Shown: positions 40,817 to 54,714, counted from the first letter of the stretch. The stretch: 64,000 nucleotides of DNA from Ranitomeya imitator (GCF_032444005.1 NC_091285.1:550126001-550190000), one strand, 5' to 3'. A program made the numbers and translations. The notes: generated by a model from the sequence alone, not told the origin.

Positions 40817-41495
40817 TTCAAGCAACCACTGTCCTTATAATGTAGCTGGCACTTCCCAACTCATACTAACTACTCAGAACTATCGGACTGACGTAAAAGA
40901 CAGCCGAAACAATGAAGAGATCCAGAAGATAATTAAATCAAGGCTTTATTAATAAAAAACATATCCAGTGCCATAGTGCACAAGCACCTAAACAGGAAAT
41001 GGGATGCCAAGTTGTACAAATTGCTATAAGCATATATAGCCACACAGTATGGAGCAGATGCCGCACATACACTCAATGTATAACACTAGAGTTGCCTAAC
41101 CATACTAACAGTGAGACCATAATAAGCATGTATAACTACAAGAGACAAATGCCATATCTACCTGCGGCTGACAAATGCCATATCTACCTGCGGCTGGGTC
41201 AGCCGCAGGTAGATATGGCATTTGTCTCTTGTAATTATACATGCTTATTATGGTCTCACTGTTAGTATGCTTAGGCAACTCTAGTGTTATACATTGAGTG
41301 TATGTGCGGCATCTGCTCCATACTGTGTGGCTATATATGCTTATAGCAATTTGTACAACTTGGCATCCCATTTCCTGTTTAGGTGCTTGTGCACTATGGC
41401 ACTGGATATGTTTTTTATTAATAAAGCCTTGATTTAATTATCCTCTGGATCTCTTCATTGTTTCGGCTGTCTTTTACGTCAGTCCAATCGTTCTG
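40817..41495 (-). mobile_element. hairpin (inverted-duplicated) Penelope-like 3'-end insertion
   Basis: 15-bp TSD ATTGATTCAGGGGTA (40802-40816, 41496-41510). ~300-bp near-perfect inverted arms, with an unpaired 57-bp tail on the left. Confidence 0.7.
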
Positions 41496-41721
41496 ATTGA
41501 TTCAGGGGTACAGGAAAACTACAGTTGTTAGACACAACTCTAAAATGTGTTTGTTTTTATGAATACAGTGGAAAAAAATGGCCTCATCAGTAATGGTTGT
41601 GTTGCTTTTTTCCAATTAATTTACCCCCCCCCCCCCGTAGATCTGGTTTTCAGAAGCAGCAGACACATTTCCAAGAACCATTACAGTGGTGCAGGGGTTG
41701 CAGTTTTGACAGAGCCCCTAA

Positions 41722-42735
41722 GGGCAGTCCCACACATCCAGATAATTCCGGTACAGGAAAAATCGGTACCAGAATTATCCGTGTCCGTGTGCCTGTGCGT
41801 TTCTGTGGCACATCAGTGTGGCACACGTGTGCCGACTGGGTACCACACGCACCATGCAGGAGACAGCGCTAGAGATAAGCGCTGTCCCCTGCATCTGGTG
41901 CTGAAGCTGCCATTCATATCTTCTCTGCAGCAGCGTTTGCTGTAGAGAAGATATGAATAATCCTTTTTTTTTTTTTTCGTTTCTCGTGTTTAAAATAAAG
42001 ATCCATGTCCCCACCACCCTCCCACACCCTGTGCGCCCACCCACTGTTATTAAAATGCTCACCCGGCTCCCTCGCAGTGTCCTGGCCGCACCTTCTACTG
42101 TGTGAGCGGTCACATGGGGCCGCTCATTTACAGTAATAAATATGCAGCTCCACCCTTATGGGAGGTGGAGCCGCATATTCATGACTGTAATCGGCGGCCC
42201 CACGTGACCGCTCATACAGTAGAAGGTGCGGCCAGGACAGGAAGCAGCGCCAGCAAGGGAGCTGGGTGAGTATTTCAATAACAGCGGGCGGGCGCACAGG
42301 GGGTGGGAGGGGGTTGGGGACATGGATCTTTATTTTAAACACGAGAAACAAACAAAAAAAAAGGATTATTCATATCTTCTCTACAGCAAATGCTACTGCA
42401 GAAAAGATATGAATGGCAGCTTCAGCACCATGTTGGGGGGGACAGCGCTTACTGTAGCGCTGTCTCCTGCACGGCACACGGACTGCACACGGACAACGTC
42501 CGTGTGCGGTATGTGTTTTACACGGACCCATTGACTTTAATGGGTCCGTGTAATCCGTGTGCTCCCACGAACACTGACATGTCTCCGTGTTTTCCAAACG
42601 GACACACGGTCCGTGAAAACACGCTGACATGTTCAGAGACACATTGATTTCAATGTGTCTACGTGAGTCAGTGTCTCCGGTACGTGGGGAAACTGTCACC
42701 TCACGTACCGGAGCCACTGACGTGTGAAACCGGCC
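41722..42735. mobile_element. PIF/Harbinger non-autonomous element (uninterrupted copy of the 47995 family)
   Basis: TAA TSD. TIR GGGCAGTCCCACAC / GTGTGAAACCGGCC. Confidence 0.88.
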
Positions 42736-42813
42736 TAAGCAAGAGGGTTGCATAGGGCCACCTCATCATGCAAATGACTTTTTCTGGTGAGTGTGTATTC
42801 GATCAGTGAGCTA

Positions 42814-43152
42814 GGCTAGGTTCACACTGCGTTCATGGTGTCCGTTAAACGGACTTCGTTACACCGCGGCATAACGCGGTGTAACATAGTCCGTTAACGC
42901 TGCCATTGAAAGCAATGCCGAATGCATTGCTAGCGCACGCCCACAATGGGCGTGCGTTAGCGATGTGCCGTCATTGAGTGACGGACCCCGAGACGCGGGC
43001 TGCAGTGTTTCCGGGTCCGTCACCACTAGCGCAGATAGAGCTAGCAGATGCTCTATCTGCGCTAGCGCGATGTAACGCCGGCACTTGCGCTAGCAGCAGC
43101 CCGTTAGCGTATGTGCTGAACGGGCTGCTGCTAATGCAGTGTGAACCTGGCC
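42814..43152. mobile_element. PIF/Harbinger MITE
   Basis: GGCTAGGTTCACACTGC / GCAGTGTGAACCTGGCC, with CTA and TTA flanks. Confidence 0.8.
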
Positions 43153-43206
43153 TTATTTGTGTGATCTACAGAGAACACATTGACCCAAAAATAACCTGTG
43201 TGCCAG

Positions 43207-44477
43207 TGGAGCGCCCCCAGAAACAGGGCCACAGATCACTCGGTACCGGTCCTTTCTGCTCGGTTACGCGGTTGTCACGGTGGCTGGACCCGGTCGTGAC
43301 CCTGCTAAGGGGCGTCCAATAAAGGTTTTGGTACAGTCTGTCAGGGGTTCGTGACGCCACCTGTGGTGTTCGGTCAGGGTGAGCGACGCTGCTGTGGGGT
43401 CCGCTGGGGAAGATGGAATGGAAGCTGGATGGTAGAACTTCCCACAGGTGAAGTGTGTCCCCAGGGCTTCCCAGATATGTAGATGGTGATGGTGTCAGGT
43501 GCAGTCAGTGATGAGGACACAAGGTTGCAGTCTCTTTACCTCTTTACTGAAGGCTTCAATATCCTCAATCCAGAGCACGTTCAACCAGGCTCTCAGAGAC
43601 CGACCGGTCCGATGGGCACATCCAGAGTTTCCTTCACAGATGGAAATCGTTGCCTACCAATAGCGCCTGTGTGTTGTAGTCCTATCCTGCTGAGCATTCG
43701 GAATAGTCCTCACAACTGCTGCTCTCGTTTGTTCGTTCTCTACAGCTTTCTCTCTCTTTCTTTGGTTCCAGATGTTACTAGTTTCTAACGTCCCCCAGAT
43801 ATGTTATGGCTAGGACGCCACCCGTTTGACGGGAAGGCTTGGAGGTCTTCCGGGACCCTAGAGACGCCCCTCTCCCAATGTTGCCCCCTATGTCTTCGTA
43901 GGTGTAGAAGGTAGACAGCCAACCTATGATTAACTGTCCAGCGGAATTTGAAGTAAGGCCTGAAGTCAGTTACTCCTAAGGTGATCCGGCCACCGACTAC
44001 ACGCCTCAGTAAGATGTTGCCTTCCCCTCTTGGCACGACTCTTACTGGCTCTCCTTTGTGCTGATCTCGCTTCCACGTTTCCACAATATCCTTCCCTTCA
44101 TGTCTCCTTCTTAGGATACTGCCGCAGGGTGTGCAGGCGCGGTTCCGTTACGTTCTGTTCGCTAGGCACCTGCCAGGTTCCCACGCCTGACAGGGACCCC
44201 CCTGTGCCTTCTCCCTGCAACACCCCCTGCCACGGGATGTTGCCTGAATCCAACCCAGTCAGCTTCTGACTAACTTCCTCCCCAGCCCCTAGTTTTACCA
44301 GTGTGAGGAGTGGCCCAATAAATAAAGCCTTTTTCTCCCCCTAGTGGCCGGAGTGTGAAGTGTAATGTGTTCTAGTGATACCTGGTCAGGAGAACTCCTT
44401 AGTGCCATCAGACGTACCACTGCTCCCCTTAGTGGCAGAGCGCTATACTGCAACGACCAGGTCTCTGGGGCGCTGCA
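43207..44477. mobile_element. solo LTR (Gypsy-like)
   Basis: TGGAGCGCCCC...GGGGCGCTGCA inverted termini with 4-bp TSD CCAG (43203-43206, 44478-44481). Confidence 0.85.
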
Positions 44478-44806
44478 CCAGCATACGTAAGCGTTTTTTC
44501 ATATGGACCATGTGAAAAAAATGACTTCATGCACGAGCGCGTTGTGACAATTCTCCCTGCACCATGGTCGCCATGCTGGACATACACGGCACACACAATT
44601 GCTGCAGAGCAGGCTGTCAGTCCAGGAACTGGGGGAGTGAGTAGTGACTTTATCCGCTTCCTGCACTGCCTCAGTGACAAGCAGCCAGTGACTGAAGGGA
44701 GAATATAGCTACTAACTCACAGTAGCCAGTGGTCATGTAAACCTGCATCATGATTGAAATTCTATTTACCTGCAGATTATCATTATATCTGCAGATAGAT
44801 AGCAAA

Positions 44807-44843
<37 letters not shown>

Positions 44844-44987
44844 ATGCTGTTTCTGGCTGGGAAACCCTGGTTATCAAATGCAGTTGCACTAATGTAGTTT
44901 TTGTGTTTGACGCTGTAACCCATATTTTCTGTTTGCATCCAAGCACTGTCCTTTAAAAATCACGAGTCAGTAAATTTCTCAACTTAA

Positions 44988-45349
44988 GGCCTCATTCAGA
45001 CGTCCTAATTGCACGTAACTCTTCCATGTGGTTTTTTGTCACGGATACAGCAAGTACCCATTATAATGTATGGGGCTGCTCACATGTCCGTGTTTTGCAT
45101 AGACCATGCTTCCATGCAAAATGCACAGAGACGTGTCCATTTTTACCAGCAGCATGAATTAAAGGGCCAATAAAAGTCTTTGAGTCCATGAACAACGCGT
45201 GCAGAACACCGATGGCATCCTTGTGCTGTCCATGTTTAATATGGCAAAGTATACACTGCTGACACATTGATGGTAAAAATGGACACACTGATAACACCAG
45301 TACAATTTTTTTCACGTACGTTTTTAAACATGGACGTGTAAGTGAGGCC
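44988..45349. mobile_element. PIF/Harbinger MITE
   Basis: GGCCTCATTCAGACGTCC / GGACGTGTAAGTGAGGCC, with TAA and TCA flanks. Confidence 0.75.
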
Positions 45350-46040
45350 TCATGCAGACCGCAGCAACACCCTCCCCAAGACAAAACTGCTATCGCACAC
45401 AGTAAAGTGAACTTCGGGAGCTCGTCCATTATCACTATGATTGCAGATAAAACATACTGTGCTTTGTGCTCCTGATCTTTCAGACTCTAGAAACACCCCT
45501 GGCCTGGTTGGGTCACTCAAGTGTTTTTTATTGAACCCCCAAGTAGCCATTGGTAATATATGTATGGTGTGACCATTAAAAAAAAAGATCTATTGCTGTC
45601 ATCTGCCACTACCAGCATTGCTCTGATCCTCCACTGCATTATGTGACCATGACTCTTACTTGCCGGCTGAAACAACGGACCGTTAGTTTCTATAAGACCT
45701 CCTTCTGAGTCTTATAGAAAAGAAAGTGACTTCTGGCCCATACAAAATGCGTCTAGTGATACAGGATTGGACCAGAACAGTGCTGGAAACAGTAACGGAG
45801 AAGAATTTTGAAGCAGCCATTGTACACACATTACTGATGGATAATAGAGGGGTGATTAAACAACATAAACAAAAAGAAATCAAAAGAAACCAAAAAAAAA
45901 TCAGCTGAAAGCTTTAGATGGGTGACGGCCAGATGCCAAAAAGGAAAATTGCCTGGGGGAGCACTATGGCCAATGAGCCTTTACCTAAGCCTCTGCATGA
46001 GGCTGCAGTTGGGCTAGCCACTCCTCAACTACCTCTGAAA

Positions 46041-46412
46041 GGCTACTTTCACACTAGCGTCGGTACGGGCCCGACGCATGCTGTGAAGTAAAAGCACAAC
46101 AGGGCAGTGGATGCAGTTTTTCAACGCATCCGCTGCCCCACTGTAAAATCCGGGGAGGAGGGGGTGGAGTTCCGGCCGCGCATGCGCGGTCAGAAATGGC
46201 GGACACGACGCACAAAAAAAGTTACATGTAGTGTTTTTTTGTGCCGACGGTCCGCCAAAACAACACGCGACATGTGGCAATCCGTTGCAATGCGTCGCTA
46301 ATGAAAGTCTATGGAGAAAAAACGCATCCTGCGGGCAACTTTGCAGGATGCGTTTTTTCTCCAAAACGACGCATTGCGACGGAGGCCAAATGACGCTAGT
46401 GTGAAAGTAGCC
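46041..46412. mobile_element. PIF/Harbinger MITE
   Basis: Perfect TIR GGCTACTTTCACACTAGCGTC, with AAA and TAA flanks. Confidence 0.85.
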
Positions 46413-46952
46413 TAAGACACTCATTTCATATAGGTTTCTATACTGTGGGATTCTACATCGCTCTCTGTTGTGGTACCAGATACATGTGCACAGACATATT
46501 CTCCCCTAGAACTATTTGTTGAAGAGTAGATCGTACAAGTCTTAATGGTCCAGAGCCATTATATAACACCCACAGAGGTCTGTCTATTACATACAGAGCT
46601 ATGCTGAGATTGTTTTTTTTTCTGTCAAATCCAGATAGAATTTCTCCTAGGGGACTATAGAGTACTTCTACGCTACTTTGTAATACTAAACCGTAGACAC
46701 TTTGTGTGTAACCGTAGTCTGCCGAGAACATGAACCATGATATTATGTGGCTGTGATTGTTGTTTGGCATTTCGCAGGCACATCCATGTCATCCAGCCTG
46801 GGGCATTCATTGTCCACATTGTTTGTATTGCACTCCGGGGTGACCTCCATGTGACGTAGGTTGTCGCTCCAGAATGAGTCACAATAGCTCACTAAAATAT
46901 GATCTTCATCAGTGCACTTGGCCGTGCGTGGTACAAATGTGAATCTAATTGC

Positions 46953-47554
46953 TTAATGGCTCAGCAAAATCTCAGCAGCAATATTGAGAATCTTTGCGCC
47001 CTCATTGACTGTGTCGCAGACAAAAATAATGTCAGCTATAAAATCTATTACTGTACTAGGTTTACTGCAAGAAGACAATTAGAGCTGCAATATATCCGTA
47101 CCAATTTCCTGTACATGAAAGTAATTGTAGCATATTTTTCACGGGAGAAGTTCATGATGTTAATTTTTCCAATGGGGGAAAATCAAACATAGCTTAGTAG
47201 GTGCCGTGCATGTCACCATTTTGGGAGAAACAACACATGTCACACTATCATTTCAGCAAGTACTAGTAAATATACCCCACTGATTTGTGATAAATCTGCA
47301 CCAAATGCTGCATGTTACTCACCTCACCTGGCTCTTCCATTGCTCCTTTGCTTGTGATTGCTTGTAGGGGAGAACTGTTTGAGTATAGAACAGCTGCAGA
47401 CTTATGTTGTGGAGGAACTGCACTGTGCAGACAGCAGATGATGCAGTGTTAATTATTAGAGCCTGTTACAATGGTAATGTATGAGCTCTCAGTCTTATTT
47501 GTGTTATCTTACTGTAGTGTTGTGATCTCTTCCTGTAATCCTCCATAATGGTTT
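46953..47554 (-). CDS. candidate three-exon 3' end of an unidentified gene (47554-47513, 47422-47323, 47064-46953)
   Basis: Donors A|GTAAGA and AG|GTGAGT, acceptors CTGTCTGCACAG and CTAATTGTCTTCTTGCAG, introns of 90 and 258 nt. Phases join into one frame: TIMEDYRKRSQHYMQFLHNISLQLFYTQTVLPYKQSQAKEQWKSQVSKPSTVIDFIADIIFVCDTVNEGAKILNIAAEILLSH*. Confidence 0.4.
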
Positions 47555-48473
47555 CTATATCTCTCAAATAAAACAGTTAATTTTTCGGCAAAGAAAGCTG
47601 AATGATGCTGCTGAAAGCTGAAATCTGCAACAGGTTATGTGCCCAGATACACCCACCAAACAGCAGAGCTCTGTACTGCATAGCTTGGTGAACAGAGTGA
47701 TGCACGAAATCCCCCAGAGATTCTCATCTACTGTATACAAGTAAGAAACCCAACATATACACAAAGCACAAAAGAAAAATGGCCAGGAGCTTAGAGCTTA
47801 TACTCACAGTAGCCAAACTGGATAGTGATAGAAGCAATAAAAGTTTGAAACGGAGATGTTACTACCCAGAGATGACTTGTGGGAGGTTATTACTAGAGAG
47901 AGCACAGAGTAAAGGGAATCAGTCAGTAGTTTTTTGCTATGTAATCTTAAGACAGCATGAGGTAGGGGCCGAGACACTGATTTCAGGCTTATTAGGCCAG
48001 TCTCACACGTCCAGATAATTCCGGTACCGGAAAAAATCGGTACCGGAATTATCCGTGTCCGTGTGCCCCTACGTTTCTGTGGCACATCAGTGTGGCACAT
48101 GTGCGGCACACGTGTGCCGCCCGTGTGCCCACTGGGTACCACACGCACCGTGCTGGGTACCACACGTACCAGCATCTGGTGCTGAAGCCCCATTCATATC
48201 TTCCCTGCAGCAGCGTTTGCTGTAGAGAAGATATGAATAATTGTGTTTAAAATAAAGATCTATGTGCCAATCGCCCTCCCACCCCCTGCGCGGCCCTTAC
48301 CCCCCCCCCCTGCTGTTCTGAAAATACTCACCCAGCTCGCTCCCTCGCCGGCGCTGCTTCCTGTTCTGGCTGCATCTTCTCCTGTATGCGGTCAGGTGGG
48401 GCCGCTCATTTACAGTAATGAATATGCGGCTCCACCCCTGTTATGACCTGGTGGTTAGGACAATAATGGACCT

Positions 48474-49795
48474 AACATACATAGTAACATAGTTAGTAAG
48501 GCCGAAAAAAGACATTTGTCCATCCAGTTCAGCCTATATTCCATCATAATAAATCCCCAGATCTACGTCCTTCTACAGAACCTAATTGTATGATACAATA
48601 TTGTTCTGCTCCAGGAAGACATCCAGGCCTCTCTTGAACCCCTCGACTGAGTTCGCCATCACCACCTCCTCAGGCAAGCAATTCCAGATTCTCACTGCCC
48701 TAACAGTAAAGAATCCTCTTCTATGTTGGTGGAAAAACCTTCTCTCCTCCAGACGCAAAGAATGCCCCCTTGTGCCCGTCACCTTCCTTGGTATAAACAG
48801 ATCCTCAGCGAGATATTTGTATTGTCCCCTTATATACTTATACATGGTTATTAGATCACCCCTCAGTCGTCTTTTTTCTAGACTAAATAATCCTAATTTC
48901 GCTAATCTATCTGGTTATTGTAGTTCTCCCATCCCCTTTATTAATTTTGTTGCCCTCCTTTGTACTCTCTCTAGTTCCATTATATCCTTCCTGAGCACTG
49001 GTGCCCAAAACTGGACACAGTACTCCATGTGCGGTCTAACTAGGGATTTGTACAGAGGCAGTATAATGCTCTTATCATGTGTATCCAGACCTCTTTTAAT
49101 GCACCCCATGATCCTGTTTGCCTTGGCAGCTGCTGCCTGGCACTGGCTGCTCCAGGTAAGTTTATCATTAACTAGGATCCCCAAGTCCTTCTCCCTGTTA
49201 GATTTACCCAGTGGTTTCCCATTCAGTGTGTAATGGTGATATTGATTCCTTCTTCCCATGTGTATAACCTTACATTTATCATTGTTAAACCTCATCTGCC
49301 ACCTTTCAGCCCAAGTTTCCAACTTATCCAGATCCATCTGTAGCAGAATACTATCTTCTCTTGTATTAACTGCTTTACATAGTTTTGTATCATCTGCAAA
49401 TATCGATATTTTACTGTGTAAACCTTCTACCAGATCATTAATGAATATGTTGAAGAGAACAGGTCCCAATACTGACGCCTGCGGTATCCCACTGGTCACA
49501 GCGACCCAGTTAGAGACTATACCATTTATAACCACCCTCTGCTTTCTATCACTAAGCCAGTTACTAACCCATTTACACACATTTTCCCCCAGACCAAGCA
49601 TTCTCATTTTGTGTACCAACCTCTTGTGCGGCACGGTATCAAACGCTTTGGAAAAATCGAGATATACCACGTCCAATGACTCACCGTGGTCCAGCCTATA
49701 GCTTACCTCTTCATAAAAACTGATTAAATTGGTTTGACAGGAGCGATTTCTCATAAACCCATGCTGATATGGAGTTAAACAGTTATTCTCATTGA
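48474..49795 (-). mobile_element. 5'-truncated CR1 LINE (RT C-terminal part plus 3' UTR) inside the 3' LTR
   Basis: GACCT duplication (48469-48473, 49796-49800). NRSCQTNL..., YLDFSKAFDTVPH, FADDTKL. ATGTTACT-type tail. Confidence 0.95.
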
Positions 49796-50579
49796 GACCT
49801 GGTGGTTAAGAGCACACGGAATGACCTGATAGTTACTAATAATATAGGACGAGCTCTGAGACGTGGGAACTCTGCTGATCGCAATCCCCAATCCCATCAC
49901 ACACACCAGAAACAGCCGTGGACTGCTCCCAAGGCTCCCCATGCAACCCGCCACAGCCTAAGGAACCAGCCAGCCTCGAAGACAGAAAAATAAAGCCTAC
50001 CCTGCCTCAGAGAAACTCCCCAAAGGAAAAGGCAGCCCCCCACACACAATGACCGTGAGTAAAGATGAAAATTACAAACACAGAGATTAAATAGATTTAG
50101 CAAAGTGAGGCCTGACTTACTGAACAGACTGAGGATAGGAAAGGTATTTTGCGGTCAGCACAAAAAACTACAAAAAGACCACGCAGAGGGCGCAAAAAGA
50201 CCCTCCGCACCGACTCACGGTGCGGAGGCGCTCCCTCTGCGTCCCAGAGCTTCCAGCAAGCAAGACAAAAATCAAAATAGCAAGCTGGACAGAAAAATAG
50301 CAAACAAGAGAAAAACAAGCAGGGACTTAGCTTCTGCTGGGAAGACAGGTCACAAGAACGATCCAGGAGTGAACTAGACCAATACTGGAACATTGACAGG
50401 TGGCATGGAGCAATGATCTAAGTGGAGTTAAATAGAGCAGCCAGCTAACGAATTAACCTCGTCACCTGTGGAAGGAAACTCAGAAGCCGCAGCCCCACTC
50501 ACAACCACCAGAGGAAGCCCATGGACAGAACCAGCCGAAGTACCATTCATGACCACAGGAGGGAGCTTGACAACAGAAT

Positions 50580-53500
50580 TCACAACAGTACCCCCCCTTG
50601 AGGAGGGGTCACCGAACCCTCACCAGAGCCCCCAGGCCGACCAGGACGAACCAAATGAAAGGCACGAACCAGATCGGCAGCATGAACATCGGAGGCAAAG
50701 ACCCAGGAATTATCTTCCTGACCATAACCCTTCCACTTGACCAGGTACTGGAGTTTCCGTCTCGAAATACGAGAATCCAAAATATTCTCCACCACATACT
50801 CCAACTCCCCCTCGACCAACACCGGGGCAGGAGGATCAATGGATGGAACCACAGGCGCCACGTATCTCCGCAACAACGACCTATGGAGCACATTATGGAT
50901 GGCAAAAGAAGCTGGAAGGGTCAAACGAAACGAAACAGGATTGAGAACCTCAGAAATCTTATACGGACCAATGAAACGAGGCTTAAACTTAGGAGAGGAA
51001 ACCTTCATAGGAACATAACGAGATGACAACCAAACCAAATCCCCAACACGAAGTCGGGGACCCACACAGCGCCGGCAGTTAGCGAAACGTTGAGCCTTCT
51101 CCTGGGACAATGTCAAATTGTCCACCACATGAGTCCAAATCTGCTGCAACCTATCCACCACAGTATCTACACCAGGACAGTCCGAAGACTCAACCTGCCC
51201 TGAAGAGAAACGAGGATGGAAACCAGAATTGCAGAAAACGGCGAAACCAAAGTAGCCGAGCTGGCCCGATTATTAAGGGCGAACTCAGCCAAAGGCAAAA
51301 AGGACACCCAATCATCCTGATCAGCAGAAACAAAGCATCTCAGATATGTTTCCAAAGTCTGATTAGTTCGTTCGGTTTGGCCATTTGTCTGAGGATGGAA
51401 AGCCGAGGAAAAAGACAAATCAATGCCCATCCTAGCACAAAAAGCTCGCCAAAACCTCGAAACAAACTGGGAACCTCTGTCCGAAACGATGTTCTCCGGA
51501 ATGCCATGTAAACGAACCACATGCTGGAAAAACAATGGCACCAAATCAGAGGAGGAAGGCAATTTAGACAAGGGTACCAAATGGACCATCTTAGAGAAGC
51601 GATCACAAACCACCCAAATGACCGACATCTTTTGAGAGACAGGGAGATCCGAAATAAAATCCATAGAGATATGCGTCCAGGGCCTCTTCGGGACCGGCAA
51701 GGGCAAAAGCATCCCACTGGCATGAGAACAGCAGGGCTTAGCCCGAGGACAAGTCCCACAGGACTGCACAAAAGAACGCACATCCCGCGACAAAGATGGC
51801 CACCAAAAGGATCTAACCACCAAATCTCTGGTACCAAAGATTCCCGGATGACCAGCCAACACCGAACAATGAACCTCAGAGATCACTCTACTAGTCCATT
51901 TATCAGGGACAAACAGTTTCTCCGCTGGGCAACGGTCAGGTCTATCAGCCTGAAATTTTTGCAGCACCCGCCGCAAATCAGGGGAGATGGCAGACAAAAT
52001 TACCCCCTCTTTGAGAATACCCGCCGACTCAGGAACACCCGGAGAGTCGGGCACAAAACTCCTTGACAGGGCATCAGCCTTCACATTCTTAGAGCCTGGA
52101 AGGTACGAAACCACAAAATCAAAACGGGAGAAAAATAGCGACCAACGAGCCTGTCTAGGATTCAACCGTTTGGCAGACTCGAGATAAGTCAAATTCTTGT
52201 GATCCGTCAAGACCACTACTCGAATGCCCACTTCATGGCCAACAACTCTAGATTGCCAACATCATAATTGCGCTCAGCAGGCGAAAACTTTCTAGAAAAG
52301 AAGGCACTTGGTTTCATCACCGAGCCATCAGAACTTCTTTGCGACAAAACTGCCCCTGCTCCAATCTCAGAAGCATCAACCTCGACCTGAAACGGAAGCA
52401 AAACATCTGGCTGGCACAACACAGGGGCAGAAGAAAAACGACGCTTCAACTCCTGAAAAGCTTCCACAGCCGCAGAAGACCAATTGACCACATCAGCACC
52501 CTTCTTGGTCAAATCAGTCAACGGTTTAGCAACACTAGAAAAATTAGTGATGAAGCGACGATAAAAATTAGCAAAGCCCAGGAACTTAACCGACATCTGT
52601 GAAGAGTCTGCAAGAGTCCAATCATAAATAGCCTGGACTTTAACAGGGTCCATCTCGATAGTAGAAGGGGAAAAAATGAAACCCAAAAATGAAACCTTCT
52701 GAACTCCAAAGATACACTTTGACTCCTTCACAAACAAAGAAGTCGTACGAAGGACCTGGAACACCTGCTTCATGTGAGACTCCCAATCATTCGAGAAGAC
52801 CAAAATATCATCCAAATATACAATCAGGAATATATCCAGGTACTCTCGGAAGATGTCATGCATAAAAAACTGAAATACTGATGGAGCATTGGAAAGCCCG
52901 AATGGCATAACCAGGTACTCAAAATGGCCCTCGGGCGTATTAAATGCTGTTTTCCATTCATCGCCCTGTTTAATACGCACAAGATTATACACACCACGAA
53001 GATCTATCTTGGTGAACCAACTAGCCCCCTTAGTCCGAGCAAACAAATCAGACAGCAGCGGCAAAGGGTACTGAAATTTGACTGTGATCTTATTAAGAAG
53101 GCGGTAATCAATACAAGGTCTCAAAGAACCATCCTTCTTGGCCACAAAAAAGAACCCTGCTCCCAATGGTGACGACGACGGGCGAATATGACCCTTCTCC
53201 AAGGATTCCTTTACATAACTCCGCATAGCGGCGTGCTCTGGCACAGATAAATTGAACAGTCGGCCCTTAGGAAACTTACTACCAGGAATCAAATTGATAG
53301 CACAATCGCAATCCCTATGAGGAGGTAGGGCACTGGATTTGGGCTCATCAAATACATCCCGGTAATCCGACAAAAACTCCGGGACTTCAGAAGGGGTGGA
53401 TGACGAAATAGACAAAAATGGAACATCACCATGTACCCCCTGACAACCCCAGCTGGACACAGACATAGATTTCCAATCCAATACTGGATTATGGACCTGT

Positions 53501-54714
53501 AGCCATGGCAACCCCAAAACGACCACAACATGCAGATTATGCAACACCAAAAAGCGAATATCCTCCTGATGTGCAGGAGCCATGCACATGGTCAATTGGG
53601 TCCAGTACTGAGGCTTATTCTTGGCCAAAGGCGTAGCATCAATTCCTCTCAATGGAATAGGATACTGCAAGGGCTCCAAGAAAAAACCACAGCGCCTAGC
53701 AAACTCCAAGTCCATCAAATTCAGGGCAGCACCTGAATCCACAAATGCCATAACAGAATAGGATGACAAAGAGAAAATCAGAGTAACGGACAAAAGAAAT
53801 TTCGACTGTACCGTACCAATGGTGGCAGACCTAGCGAAACGCTTAGTGCGCTTAGGACAATCGGAGATAGCATGAGTGGAATCACCACAGTAAAAACACA
53901 GCCCATTCCAACGTCTGTGTTCTTGCCGTTCAGCTCTGGTCAAAGTCCTATCACATTGCATAGGCTCAGGTCTATGCTCAGATAATACCGCCAAATGGTG
54001 CACAGCTTTACGCTCACGCAAGCGTCGATCGATCTGAATGGCCAAAGACATAGACTCATTCAGACCAGCAGGCATGGGAAATCCCACCATGACATCCTTA
54101 AGGGCTTCAGAGAGACCATTTCTGAAAATTGCTGCCAGGGCACATTCATTCCACTGAGTGAGTACAGACCACTTCCTAAACTTCTGACAATATAGCTCTA
54201 CCTCATCCTGACCCTGACACAAAGCCAGCAAGATTTTCTCTGCCTGATCCACTGAATTTGGTTCATCATAAAGCAATCCGAGCGCCAGAAAAAACACATC
54301 AACATCACGCAATGCCGGATCTCCTGGCGCAAGGGAAAATGCCCAGTCTTGAGGGTCGCCACGTAACAAAGAAATAATGATTTTCACTTGTTGAACAGGG
54401 TCACCTGAGGAGCGAGGTTTCAAAGCAAGAAACAATTTACAATTATTTTTGAAATTCAGAAACTTAGATCTATCCCCAAAAAACAAATCAGGAATTGGAA
54501 TCCTAGGCTCTAACATCGGATTCTGAACCACTAAATCTTGAATGTTTTGTACCATTGCAGTGAGATTATCCATACAAGAGGACAGACCTTGAATGTCCAT
54601 ATCTACACCTGTATCCTGAACCACCCAGAGGTAAAGGGGAAAAGAGAGACAAAACACACTGCAAAGAAAAAAAAATGGTCTCAGAACTTCTCTTATCCCT
54701 CTATTGAGATGCAT
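50580..54714 (-). pseudogene. gag-pol polyprotein (gag with CCHC, protease, RT, RNase H, integrase, chromodomain) with two frame-breaking lesions
   Basis: CFYCGDSTHAISDC, FVDSGA, YLDDILVFS, VDASEIG, HHCC zinc finger, SMDFI/VSDRG/GQTER and YLVKWKGY..EDNSW. Breaks at ~52220 and ~51236. Confidence 0.95.

Noticed and set aside
40885-40915. CTGACG...GCCGAAAC as a hammerhead ribozyme
   Set aside because: The core lacks the final A, there is no helix II or III pairing, and it lies antisense to the inferred element.
52216-54714. Domesticated PEG10/RTL1-like host gene
   Set aside because: It is flanked by two LTRs and a TSD and has frame-breaking lesions, so it is an ordinary retrotransposon.
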